The position numbers were made by a program, and so were the translations under genes. Below the pieces are notes generated by a model that saw nothing but the letters and a program-made list of their open reading frames with translations, ran no database searches and was not told where the DNA came from. Positions 1 through 11,610 of a stretch of 64,000 nucleotides of DNA are shown one piece after another. Numbering within the stretch: the stretch's first letter is position 1; each line of letters begins with the position of its first letter. Source of the stretch: Hamiltosporidium tvaerminnensis FI-OER-3-3 (taxonomy: Eukaryota; Fungi; Microsporidia); NCBI GenBank assembly GCA_022605425.2, contig CM061251.1:620001-684000 (forward strand), in the 5' to 3' direction.

Positions 1-124
1 TAAAATATCTGAAGAAAATAAAACCCTTTATATTCTATTATATATATAATTCTTAACTCTTTGGAAATACTTAGTTTTTTTCTAAAATTATTTAATAAAT
101 GTTTAGAATTTCGTCCCCTCGAAA

Positions 125-751
125 ATGAACAATTTTTCTCAAAAATATTTGATTTTAGTATTAAATGGACTTTCTTTTTTATTCTTTTTAGCGACAGTTG
201 GCGTTATATATTATGCTGTAAATTTTAAAAATATGAGTATTTCATCATTCTTCTTTGGACGTTTCGAAAGAAATATGAAATACTTCGTAGATTTGAATGA
301 AAAAGAAATTAAGAAAAAAGTCTTTGATGGAAAAAAAGTTTTACTGACAGTAGATGATACAATAAATACAGGTGAATATAAGATGTTTAAAAGCAGATTT
401 TCTCCAAAATTTCCCACTGTAATAATCCTAGAAAAAAACGTTTTTATATTTCCCTTGAAGAAATCTATAAAAGTTATGTCAGTTTTGGAATATAAAGATA
501 TTGTAATTAAGAATATCGAGCATAAAATATCGCTTTTAAGCTATTGGAATTCCGATAAACGGGTTTTAAGTTCCATTTTGAATAATTTTAAGAGGTTCGT
601 AGAAACATCCAATCCTATAAACAAGTATATTCCAAAAATTATTTTTACACGATATGATTCAACAGATGAAACATTATATTTGAGCATGGATGCCTGTTAC
701 AAACTCAGGGCAAAATCAGAGAATGAAATCTTAAATTTCTTTGAGTTATAG
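125..751 (+). CDS. Hypothetical membrane-anchored protein (208 aa)
   Basis: Clean ATG ORF; CCCC motif just upstream of the ATG (microsporidian-type start signal); N-terminal hydrophobic helix. No family recognised. Confidence 0.7.
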   Translation: MNNFSQKYLILVLNGLSFLFFLATVGVIYYAVNFKNMSISSFFFGRFERNMKYFVDLNEKEIKKKVFDGKKVLLTVDDTINTGEYKMFKSRFSPKFPTVIILEKNVFIFPLKKSIKVMSVLEYKDIVIKNIEHKISLLSYWNSDKRVLSSILNNFKRFVETSNPINKYIPKIIFTRYDSTDETLYLSMDACYKLRAKSENEILNFFEL

Positions 752-2117
752 GAATAAGAGAAAAAATACTTGGATCTTGATATTGTACTTTAAAAAATTA
801 CCAAAATAATGTTAATTAAATTTATAACAAATTTTATGTATATATGTGTCAGTTATATAAATTGTGTCAATGTAATATAAAATTAGCTTTAGATTCTCAT
901 CAATCTTCTTTTACATGAAACTTAATGAAGTAAACATTGCATCGGATTTCTCTATATTTGGTTTAATTTATTAAAAATAATATTTCAATTATATTAAATT
1001 CAAGATATTTGATGTTTTTTATATTTTATGATATCCATGAATTTGTTTTTAGATTCAAGAGATTAAAGAATATTAAACCTCCGTAAAAAATAAAATATAA
1101 TTGAATCTGATCAACTAATAAGCATTATAACTAAAATTTTATATAATGAATTGTATTGTGGGTTTTTAATTATATTCGGAATGTTTATCAAAATAATTTG
1201 TGTTTTTTATAACAGGTATGTATTTTAGTCATAATAATATACCATCAAGGTTTATTTGGACATTAAAGCTTCAAAATCAAACTACAGATTAATGAGGCAT
1301 AAAAAATGATTTCATAAAAATTTATACCGTTTTTTGGCGAAATTTAATTATAAGTCTGAAATATAACCATTATTGATTTATTAGCTGCTCTGATGAAATG
1401 AAAAATGATAGAATCTTGATTATAAATGAGATTCGTAAAATCTCTTAGTAACGGTATGATAACGTTTTTTTTTACATTAGAAATTAGAAATTAAAAACCA
1501 TCGATTTCTAAAATTAAACGTGGATCTAAACTCTAAAATATTATGAATAAGTAAGCTAATAATTTCATGGCTTTTTTATTGATTGAATGAACATATCTGT
1601 GCATTAAAAGGAATCCGAAAATATAAAATTTTGATTTAGATATTGTTTAAATCCAGGGATTATATGATCATCGAACAAGATTATTATCATTTACACCTGA
1701 TTTCCGACCCATAGGCGCTTTATTTCATTACATATTTTTAAAATCGCATTTTTATTAAAGGTATGGACTCGTTTTGATACGAATATAAACGTTGATTTAA
1801 CATAAATAAGAATTTGAAAAGTAAGAATACAGTCGAGGTATTTAACTCAAAATTATTTTGGCGAAAAAAAATATTCAAGCATCCAATAAAACTTGTAATT
1901 CGATTTCTTGGGCCACGAATACTATATGAAATCTAAGAGGATCAATATTAAGTCAAATCATCGAAATATATAAATCAATAATATACAAAAGAAAAATTAA
2001 CACTATCCATCCTTATACCACTGTCTATATCTCTAAAATTAAATTCAAAAAAATACAGTAATATAATTAGAATATTAATATATCTACGAAATGTTTACTA
2101 ATATAATTATTATAATA

Positions 2118-2323
2118 TTTTTAGCCCGTTTCTTTCCCTACAGATGTAAATAAACCATGAGTAAATTAAAACAGCGCCAAGTTATAGGCGTTCTTAGAGA
2201 TTTTTATTTTTACTGGTCTGGTTGTCGGTCTAACGCAACCTTTCTTGTACGAAAGATAAAGAGTGCACCAGCCCGGCTCTTAGGAATTAAATTCAGATAT
2301 CTTCACCACTGGGTCATTGACGC
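2118..2323 (-). mobile_element. tRNA-derived SINE-like element (206 bp) with 13-bp TSD
   Basis: AATTATTATAATA is repeated at 2105-2117 and 2324-2336. The minus strand starts GCGTCAATGACCCAGTGGTGAAG (tRNA-like head with A-box-like TGACCCAGTGG, then a decayed B-box-like CCGGGCTGGTGC) and ends GGGCTAAAAA. Confidence 0.6.
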
Positions 2324-2959
2324 AATTATTATAATAGATTCATAAATATTAAAAAGCGCAATACTTTACTCGAAAGAGGAAACTTAAATTATGCTATTTA
2401 TCGAATATAATAAACAGTACGTTAATACATTTTGATTTTTTTTTCAATTTTCTTCTATAATTTAAAAGATGAACTTGATATAAAGAGACAAAGGCAGATT
2501 AATACTTAAAATGCATACTAAATACATAATTTGAAACGGATAAGAAATTAAAAGGGGTTCGTCGATGAACCAAATATATATCTCAAACCTGAAAAATGAT
2601 TATTACTTTTTTTAATAAAATTTTCGAATTAAAAAAAGCCAAAATATTTGCTTAATTAGAATAATAGAGAATTCTTGGGGATTTGAAAAAAAAGGTTCGA
2701 TAAAATTAAGCAGAGAATCTCTTAAATATTTAAACAAATTGAAATTGCCAATAGTTTGAGCAAAACGCTTGATATATAAATTCGATTTGATTGAATGCGA
2801 TTTATCTTTATTCTAACAATGATGCTTCAATATACTTACAAAACATCAATAATAGAAAATATATATTTAAAAATTCGAATATTTATATTCAAGAATCATA
2901 AAAATAAAATGCTTTCAAGTTTCTTTGTAAAGAATGAGCAAAAAGGCAAATCTTCTATA

Positions 2960-3155
2960 GGGTTTTTCGATCAATATAATAATCCTTGCAATCAATATAA
3001 TAATTTTTCGATCAATATAATAATCCTTGCAATCAATATAATAATTTTTCGATCAATATAATAATCCTTGCAATCAATATAATAATTTTTCGATCAATAT
3101 AATAATCCTTGCAATCAATATAATAAATCTTGCAATCAATATAATAATTATTTTT
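2960..3155. repeat. Left TIR built of 9 tandem 20/21-bp units (core ATCAATATAATAA; 41-bp dimer period)
   Basis: Counted directly; inverted relative to 7170-7326. Confidence 0.9.
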
Positions 3156-3179
3156 AAAAAATAAAAATTTAAAAAATTT

Positions 3180-5868
3180 TATTTAATAAAATTCTGGGTT
3201 AAAATATTTTTTACCATTTTTACATGTTTTCTTCTACCTCTTTGACCACTTTTGTCTCTTCTTCCAAATCCGACTCTTCATTTATGTTATTGGTCGGTTC
3301 CTCTAAAGTGGTTCCTCCTTGTAAAATAAAGGGGGCTTTATATTTTGGTTTAAAATTTTTGGCACCATCTTCCTCTGTTTTCGCTTCTTTTAAAGGGGGT
3401 ATTGGTTCCTCATGCATCTCTGATCTCATAATAACACCCATTGACGCTCTCTCCCAGCTCTCTTCGGCATTTAGTCCTGACTCAAGTCCTCTTCGTCGAT
3501 CAAAGGAAATAGTTTCGACTGTCTTTTTAAGTACTATAGACTGAATGTATGCTTCTACATTCATGGGTATTTCTAGTCTTTTAAGATGAGATTTATGGTA
3601 TTTTGTCACAATACCGTCCCAGGTCATCACATAAGGGATTATCTCAACACTACACTTATAAATAAGGCCCAACTCATTGGCTAGCAGGTCATACTTCCTA
3701 AGTTTTTCAGTTTCAACTATTTGAAGTGAATCTTGGGAAGTGATTCCTACTTCAATGAGTGTTATCTTATTCTTCTTCTTATCTAAAATAAATATGTCCG
3801 GTCTGTTATTTCGAATTTTAACATCAGTTTTAATTCTGGTGTCCACTCTTATCTCTGCATACTCATTATCAAGAATTTCTTGAACTGAGTGGCTCCTTAT
3901 TCGTTTTGAAGACTTAAACTTATATCTATTTAGAAGGAGAAGGTGTAGGCATCTAACCACTTCATTATGCCGTCTAGTGTAATCATGGCCTAGCATTTTT
4001 TCACATCTAGTTGCTAGATGATCCACAGTCTTACCAGACTTCCCGCAATGTTGACACACACCATCTGCTCCCCAGAATACATTTCTATCCTGGATATAGC
4101 AGAACACAGCTTCATTTCGTGGCCTAATATTTCCTCTCTTTAGCCATCTTGAAGAGTCACTAACACTCACAAGCTCATTTTTCCTTGCATTATATAACTT
4201 TGAATGGAGTTTTCGTTTTTCTATTTCGTTATATAGTTTTGCAAGTTGAGCTTCTTCTAAACTTTTCTTAGTGACTTCTTCTACCAACATGTACTTTACT
4301 TTTAAGAAGCCTTTTATTAGTGCAAGATGGGTTTTATTATTATTCTCCACCTTGAGGATTGCTGCTCGTCTAGTTGATATTTCTTTACTTTTTTCCAGAC
4401 AATCCAAGAGTTGCAGAAGCATATGTTCGCTTCGCAACTCAACACTATGTAGGCCTCTTCCAAGTTCTGTTCTAGGAAGATACAACCGCTCTTTACATCC
4501 TGGGCGGAGATGTATCTTATTTTTAACCAACACCGCACGCACTGCATCATCTAACTTAGAGAAGTCAGCCGGTTCAAGTCGAAGTACTCCTATGTGGTAG
4601 TTGATTAACGATATCGCATGTTGATTGATTGCAGAAAATAAATTTTTTGCATTTAATCTAGTGTGACAAAGTCTTTCAACTCTTGATATAAGTTTGCTCT
4701 GTACTTCTTCAAATGAGCTACGTGTTGGGATTCCTCTGCTATCTTCTATTATTCCTAAATATTTGTAAACACTAACACCTTCTAGAAGAGTAGCAGTATC
4801 TTCACAACACGTATCATTTGTGGCTGACTTCTCTTTGTTAATCTCTAAGCCAATCACCTCTAAAAATTCCTTTGCCTCGCCTGTCATAGCACTCAATGTG
4901 GAGCTGTCTTTTGCAAGGAGCTTAAGATCATCAATAAACAAGAGATGATTAGTAGAATGGGATTCTGCATCTGTTTGTACTGTCACTTTTGTGTATTTTT
5001 CATTAAGCTTTCGGCTTAATGGATCCATACACAACACAAATAACAAAGGTGACAGACTATCTCCTTGTAGAATTCCTCTATCAATCTTCTTGCTCATGAT
5101 TTTTTCAGGCCCTACTGATATATCAATTTTCCATTTTGATATAATTACCTTAATAAATTTCAGGATCCAATCAGGTAAATTAAGGTTTCCAATGCATTGA
5201 GTTAAATAAGCATGATCTATTGAATCATAAGCTTTTTTAACATCAATCCATGTTGCCTTAAGATTATTTCCATACTCTTTATTTAAGGAAATATTCAGTA
5301 GAGCCTGCTCTTTCGCTCCCTGCACAGATCTAACTGCTTCCAACTGCTTCTCTGCAAGCAACCCTCGCCTTTCCACTTCAAATTGAACGACTTTCGTTAC
5401 ACACTTTGTCGTTAACTTATAGAGGTTGGACATACAAGTGATTGGCCTGTAGTCAGAGCCTCTTCGTGGAATTCCTTTCGGTATCAAATACGTAAGCCCG
5501 CAGTAAAACCAATCAGCTTGAGGTGTTCCTTCTAAACATATAACTTTCACAATATCATAAAGATATTTGTGAAGAGTTGTAAGTTTCTTAATGAAAAAAT
5601 TGTAAATACCATCAATTCCAGCAGCTTTCCAATTAGGGAGCCAATTAATGATATTCACAAATTCATCAAGTGAAGGAAACGTGGTCGGATGATTATCTGA
5701 TACAAATGGAATCAAATAATCATCGTACGTGAATGTGTCATCATTTTTGTTCCACATTGTAGACCAAAAACTCACAATTTCATCACGGCTAACCACATGC
5801 TCGGATTCCACACGCTCGGATAACCCACGATAAAATCGACCTCGGAAAAGCTCAAACATACGATTCTC
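3180..5868 (-). mobile_element. 5'-truncated RLE-type non-LTR retrotransposon (R4/Dong-like) with 11-bp TSD
   Basis: TTAAAAAATTT at 3169-3179 and 5869-5879 brackets the RT ORF and a short 3' UTR ending TTAAATAAA. The insert is absent from the sister transposon at 14538-15940. Confidence 0.85.
3220..5859 (-). CDS. Reverse transcriptase plus restriction-like endonuclease (879 aa, N-terminally truncated)
   Basis: RT motifs WKAAGIDGI, YRPITC, DVKKAYDS, GILQGDSLSP, HLLFIDD and YKYLG; CCHC knuckle CQHC..H..C; RRHN; PD..(D/E)-type nuclease RPDIFI..IEVGI; KLRKY. Confidence 0.95.
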   Translation of the reverse strand: MFELFRGRFYRGLSERVESEHVVSRDEIVSFWSTMWNKNDDTFTYDDYLIPFVSDNHPTTFPSLDEFVNIINWLPNWKAAGIDGIYNFFIKKLTTLHKYLYDIVKVICLEGTPQADWFYCGLTYLIPKGIPRRGSDYRPITCMSNLYKLTTKCVTKVVQFEVERRGLLAEKQLEAVRSVQGAKEQALLNISLNKEYGNNLKATWIDVKKAYDSIDHAYLTQCIGNLNLPDWILKFIKVIISKWKIDISVGPEKIMSKKIDRGILQGDSLSPLLFVLCMDPLSRKLNEKYTKVTVQTDAESHSTNHLLFIDDLKLLAKDSSTLSAMTGEAKEFLEVIGLEINKEKSATNDTCCEDTATLLEGVSVYKYLGIIEDSRGIPTRSSFEEVQSKLISRVERLCHTRLNAKNLFSAINQHAISLINYHIGVLRLEPADFSKLDDAVRAVLVKNKIHLRPGCKERLYLPRTELGRGLHSVELRSEHMLLQLLDCLEKSKEISTRRAAILKVENNNKTHLALIKGFLKVKYMLVEEVTKKSLEEAQLAKLYNEIEKRKLHSKLYNARKNELVSVSDSSRWLKRGNIRPRNEAVFCYIQDRNVFWGADGVCQHCGKSGKTVDHLATRCEKMLGHDYTRRHNEVVRCLHLLLLNRYKFKSSKRIRSHSVQEILDNEYAEIRVDTRIKTDVKIRNNRPDIFILDKKKNKITLIEVGITSQDSLQIVETEKLRKYDLLANELGLIYKCSVEIIPYVMTWDGIVTKYHKSHLKRLEIPMNVEAYIQSIVLKKTVETISFDRRRGLESGLNAEESWERASMGVIMRSEMHEEPIPPLKEAKTEEDGAKNFKPKYKAPFILQGGTTLEEPTNNINEESDLEEETKVVKEVEENM

Positions 5869-5941
5869 TTAAAAAATTTAAAAAAAAAATTTAAAAAATA
5901 GAAATTTAAAAAATAAAATTATAGATAGTACTTGAGATTTA

Positions 5942-7108
5942 TTATTCAAGAGTCACTTGCCCTACTTCAGACTTTTGCAAATATCCTAAAATTTTACGGT
6001 AAAAAGAACTACAATGTTCTCCCGTGATCTCATTAAATTTTTCACAAATTAATATTCTCAACTGAAGCTCAGAAAGAGCACCGCCTCGAATTACTTTATT
6101 TTTCCAGACTGACAATACATTCTCAATTGGATTAAGAAATGGAGAGTAAGGTGGAAGATATTTTATCATACGAAGCAATTTCCTCATCATCATTCAATAC
6201 CCGATAGTGATGAATTCTCGCATTGTCCATTACAAATATTGGAGTCTAAGTTCCTTGCCGTTGACAACTTTCATTAATCTCCTTAATGTATAATTTTAAA
6301 TTCTCATCATTTATGGCCCTCTCATGAATCTTATGGTATATCATACCATATTTGTTCATTGCTGCGACTACTGAAATATTTCTAGTTCGGGCTGCTGTTA
6401 CAGATAAGTATGCAGATTCACTTCTCATATTACAACCTCTGCTACAGCGTGTTCCTACTGCAAACCCAACTTCATCTGAAAAGACAAAGTTTTTGTCATC
6501 GTTATCAACCTCCAACTCACGAAAACTAGTTGCGTAATTGGTTCTTAGCTCAATTGTCGAAAGTGTATTTCTACGCTCGAGCACTAATGTTACACGCTTT
6601 AGAGTGTAATGGAACTCCCTTAGTGCGCGATCAATTGTACTAGTTGACACATCAACATGTAATGTACATTTGACCCATTCTGCCAACTCATACAAGGTTT
6701 TTGTACACTCCAAATCAACATAGGTTTGTAAGCTCTCTTTTATTTCCAAAGTTAACTTTAGCGCCTATCACCATCTCTTTTCTCGACAAATACCAAGCCG
6801 GTTTTTAAATATCGTCTAACGATACTAGTAACCATCTGGTAATTTATTCGATACATCGAGGCAATTGCGAACATAGAATAGCCTTCTAATGTTTTATCAA
6901 TTATGCCTTCCCGATCATTAATAAAAACCATATGTTTCCTCAGAGTTGGAATGGTGGATAGTGGGAGATTTTCATCATGTAATCCAGATGTTTCCACAAG
7001 ACACTTCAAAACATTGTCATTTTCGCACTCTATACATTCCGGTTTTTCACCTACACGAAAATCATATTTGTTCTCGTTGGTATTTTTACCTGAAAAAGAA
7101 TTTGACAC
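5942..7108 (-). pseudogene. Disrupted Tc1/IS630-like transposase (DD34E)
   Basis: Three ORF pieces separated by two stops and a frameshift. HTH region VSTSTIDRAL; catalytic FVFSDEVGF, FVMDNARIH and YLPPYSPFLNPIE, with 34 residues between the second D and the E when repaired using copy 2. Confidence 0.9.
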
Positions 7109-7169
7109 GGAGTTAATTTTATAATGAATGAATTATTTTTTAAATTTTTATGTTTTAAATTTTTCTTTT

Positions 7170-7326
7170 TTAAAAATAATTATTATATTGATTGCAAGAT
7201 TTATTATATTGATTGCAAGGGTTATTATATTGATCGAAAAATTATTATATTGATTGCAAGGATTATTATATTGATCGAAAAATTATTATATTGATTGCAA
7301 GGATTATTATATTGATCGAAAAACCC
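7170..7326. repeat. Right TIR built of 7 tandem 20/21-bp units
   Basis: Reverse complement of the left array, shorter by one 41-bp dimer. Confidence 0.9.
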
Positions 7327-8749
7327 TATAATATTGATTAGTTAAATTTTCAAAAAAAATATTCCATTCGTTTAATCAATAATGAATATAATCAATAAGA
7401 TATTTATATCTATTTTATAATAGATAAACAATTTTGTTTCTTCGTTATATTTAAAATTAAATAATAGTCGAATTAATAGTAAGCTATAAAATAAAGACAA
7501 ATAGCGCACTTTTATAGACATCATAAGGGAATCTTTAAACAGTAAAATTGAGAAAATGAGTAATTTTATTATAGATTGAGGTCAGAAAACGAAAATTAAT
7601 TTTTTGTAATGCTAGGTTTAGAATATAGTCATTCTTTACTCTGGTCATTACCATGAACTTTTGTTTTAGACATCAATATAATTCAATAAAAAAATAGTTT
7701 AAATTCAGAACGAAAATAAAGCTAAGATATGATACTTATTTTCAATCACAAATTCTAGAAAATTTTAAAAAAGCTAAAATAAAATATGCTTCAATATGAG
7801 TATTTTAACAATAGCCATTAAAATTTTGAAGCATCCAAATTATTAAGGATTCATTTTTACAAAATAAGACGTTCTTTTGCACTCACACCATCTAATAATT
7901 TATTATATTTAAAATAAAATCTATCTTAAAAATTTCAGTTTATAAAAAAACCTTCCGCTATATTTTTAGAAGAATATATATTTTCTTCCATTTATTTTGT
8001 CTTTTGGAATTCTTCAAATATCTTTATATTCCTTTTGCCATATTTTTCTTCTGGTATTAATTAGCAATGTTCTTTTGATTTCATAAAAGTATAAAGAAAT
8101 CTTTTAGGAAATTTGAAAGTATACAAAATTTTCTTGATCTCTTTTAAGTTAAACTTATGCTGTCATGCAAATAAAAACAGAACAAGTTCTATAAACATAA
8201 ATTTGATTATTTAAGTATTAGTAGTTTAAAAACCCATAAATTCAAACTGATCAATAAAACTTTTTATGTTTTCAAGCAATATTTTTGATTAAATTTATTC
8301 CTTTAAAAAAAGGTTATCTCTGAATATTCTTAAATTTACAATTTTTGTTATATTTAATTTATAAAATTATCATCATTTTTACACTTCGATTTTATAAGTC
8401 TAAGCTTAAATCTATTAGATCAATATTGTTTTGAATAAGATTATTCTGAGATAATTATAACTATATTTTCATATATATTAAATAATTAGCTTCTTGCCTT
8501 AAATTCTCGCTTTAAAACAAAAGAAAACGTTACATTATAAAAAAAATCTATTTTACTTCATCTTAAAAGTTATTACAAATAAACTTCTAAAATCATTAAA
8601 ATTTATTAAAAAAAGACGTGAATAAATGCTGAAAATATAAAATACCAATACAAATACTTTATACCTAAAGACAAACTGCATTTATTTTCCGGAAAATCTC
8701 AACATTTTAGATTCAAATGCTCTTTAATATTTTTCGATCTTTTTTTTAA

Positions 8750-9923
8750 CTAAAAATATCTATGAAATAGATGATAAGATATCTTACTTAACAAACTAGG
8801 TTTTCTGTTTTTTAATTCTTCAAGCTCAACCTTTCTTGAATTCTCCAACATAAACTTAATTTCTTCTTTGTATATTTGAATCAATTTCTCATCTTTTGTT
8901 ACAATTAAAAAATTTCGTTCTTCATCTCTAACATTACTTCTTAAATTAAAATTGGTGGAACCAATCACAGTTAACGCGAAGCCATTCGAAAAAGCCCATA
9001 AACCTTAAATTAGATAAATTTAACTTACCTTTAAAATGAAATGTAGTATCTTTTCTACCAAATTCGTAATACTGCATATTATTAAGACGATCTAATGTTT
9101 TATAAGCGCTTAAGGAATATAATTGAACAATATATTTTTCATTTTTATTATTTAGATCGAAAGTATTGCATTCTGGTCCAGCTGTTACAATAGATATATT
9201 TTTATAATTAAATAAATCAAAATAAGTTTCTGGGAAATTTAAATAAGCCGTTGAAAGAAAAATATCTTGAAAGTCTTCCAATAATATTTTTCTGAGAATT
9301 TCTTCTTCTTGTCGATTATCAAACATTAAAATGAATGTTTTTGTTAGAATTTCGACTACAAAAGATGAATTATCTAATAATTTTGTATAATTTCCCAAAG
9401 ATGGCAATATTTTATAAAACATTTCGTTTTTTAAATAATCAGCAAATTTTTCGCTTTCAACAACGAAATATCGATCTATTCTATTACTAAAATAAGTATC
9501 GTGTAGATTTGCGCCTGTTAAAATTACATTCGAATCAAATATATATACTTTGGGATGATAAACATATAAAAGTTCACGGATTTTAGCAGGCAACATATAA
9601 TATTTCTTGAAATCATAAAAATAAAAAAAATCTTCTAAATTTTTATCTTTTATAACATTTAAAATTTCACTATTTCGTTTTCCTCGATTTTTATCCAAGA
9701 CAATAACTGTTTCTAGATTTTTAACTTTTCTTTCCACCAATGCATCAAATATTTCCATAGATTTTTCTCCGTTTCCAATATATAAGGACATCATAAAACA
9801 CACAGATGCTTCTTTGAGATTTTCACAGACAAAATCTTTAAATTCATTAGGCGTATTGATCTTTCTTATGGATTTAATATCAAAGCCACTTAAGTTTCTA
9901 AATTTAGACAAGAATATTTCCAT
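8750..9923 (-). CDS. PGS1: Phosphatidylglycerophosphate synthase (PLD superfamily); exons 9923-9029 and 9003-8750, 382 aa
   Basis: First HKD-like motif YHPKVYIFD..ILTGANL. Removing 9004-9028 joins the two ORFs to give TFHFKGLW..TVIGSTNFNLRS, the second PGS1 motif. CCC precedes the ATG at 9923. Confidence 0.88.
9004..9028 (-). other. 25-nt spliceosomal intron
   Basis: GTAAGTTAAATTTATCTAATTTAAG has a GTAAGT donor, a CTAAT branch-like site and an AG acceptor; splicing restores the frame and the conserved motif. Confidence 0.88.
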
Positions 9924-10494
9924 AATCAAGGGTTAATAAGTTAGCAAACTAAAATTCTTGGTTTATATTCTTAAATGTTAGTACTTTTCTTACTTTATAA
10001 ATAAATTTCAAAGGCTATATTTTTATTGCAAATCAAAATCAGGTTTTTTATTTTTGAAGGAGAAATACCTCTTCTAAAAAAAAATTATACTTTTAGTTCT
10101 TCTCGACATGCTTTTCATTATTCTCAATAAGCATGATATATTTGATTTAGCAGTTTTTTATTGCCATGACATAATTTTAATAATCAAAACACATGAATTA
10201 CAGTTTATAATGTAGTATTTATATAGTCAGAAACACATATATTTTTTCTTCTATATAGAAAAATCAAATATTGTGAAATAAGCTATCATTATGAATAGAG
10301 TACTACTTTTCCCCTCAATATATGTTTCATGGTCTTTCTATAGTTATGAGACTTGTGATGTCATGAAATTTTTCTTTTGATATTCAAAAAAAAATATTTA
10401 AAAAATTATTTTAGAAAACCTTAAATTGTTTGGAATAAAAAATCTGAAAAATAAACATTACATTTACTAGAATTTAATATTATGTATATTAGAA

Positions 10495-11217
10495 GGTAAA
10501 TCGAATAAAGCCAATTAAAAAAGGATCTTCTTGCCGATGAGTATAGAAAATTGGTGTGAAGATCCTTGTTTGGATTTTTGGTGAGAGAAAATCACATTAA
10601 ATTTTAAATTGTTCTATTGCTCTTTGTATGAGAAAGAGGAGGTTTACAAAACGGCGAAACTTTTCTATTCTACAAATACATCTTGTAGTTTTTTATGTAA
10701 AAAGATTGCATTATACAGCAAAACTTGTAGATAATTACCATAAGACATAGAATCCTGCCTCTGCTCACGAGGGTTAGAAGACTTGACGGCCAGGAGATAC
10801 AAAAATAAAGTACTATAAGCGGGAAAACCAAGTAGCTGTTTATACATGTCGCTAGACACTGTACTGTCTAGTTAGACCTTGTTTGGCCCGAGATATATCT
10901 TAGCTAGAAGTTTATGGGGTTTCATAGGTGTGGTGTCAATAGATATGCTACATAGTTATGGAAGATACAAGCTGAGTTTCGACATACTATCACTTTACAT
11001 GCAGCGTACATTAACAAATCCCAGGCAACTGCCTCGCCTACTAGTTGGGTTCTACGCACCTTTTAGATAAAGACTTTTGGATGTTTGTATTGTAGGAGTT
11101 ACTGATGAAGTGTTGGGGTAGCAGTTATTTCTGTTAAACCTAGAACTGGTTTTATGAAATGAAGAAAATGTAATACTTGCTATTGTTTTTGAAAGAAATG
11201 TGATATTTGTAAATAAA
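10495..11217 (+). mobile_element. ~730-nt SINE-like family, diverged copy
   Basis: Colinear blocks shared with 30533-31261 (ATATATCTTAGCTAGAAGTTTAT, GGCAACTGCCTCGCCTA, GTGTTGGGGTAGCAGT, TTAAACCTAGAACTG); ends TGTGATATTTGTAAATAAA. Confidence 0.85.
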
Positions 11218-11610
11218 TATTCATAAATCTATTCATAGATTCAGATTATAGATAGGGATATTTAAAGTTATATTTCTAATCATCGAATTATTAAAGATAT
11301 AAATCATTTCTATATATATTGATAATAAAATCAAATAGCATTATTAAAAGTGTTAATAGATGTTATTGTCTTTCAGCTATATACACAAATTTATAATAAT
11401 TATAAAACACCCAATAAATATATTAGCAGATAATAAAAACATGCAATTTTCCGTATTAATCTTGTTCGATATATACAGGGTTTTCAATTACCAGTAAATG
11501 CGTTTATATATATTTATTTAAAACTACCATAAATATCCTACAATATCTATCTCATGAAAAACTTCAATAAAAAAATTTATATGTATGTATGACTGTAAAT
11601 AAAAGAGTTC

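Larger units (their letters stand above)
2958..7328 (-). mobile_element. Tc1/IS630-superfamily DD34E DNA transposon, copy 1, with a nested non-LTR retrotransposon
   Basis: Inverted ends TATAGGGTTTTTCGATCAATATAATAAT (from 2956) and ATTATTATATTGATCGAAAAACCCTATA (to 7330), consistent with a TA target duplication; internal transposase remnants. Confidence 0.9.

Noticed and set aside
1200-1960. Possible Merlin-like transposase relic
   Set aside because: Only one or two weak motif hints; no TIR or TSD found.
2960-3155. Regular short repeats resembling a CRISPR array or iterons
   Set aside because: There are no unique spacers or cas genes, the context is eukaryotic, and the array is one arm of a transposon TIR. 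ORFs 2795-3061 and 14423-14635 are read-throughs of these arrays.
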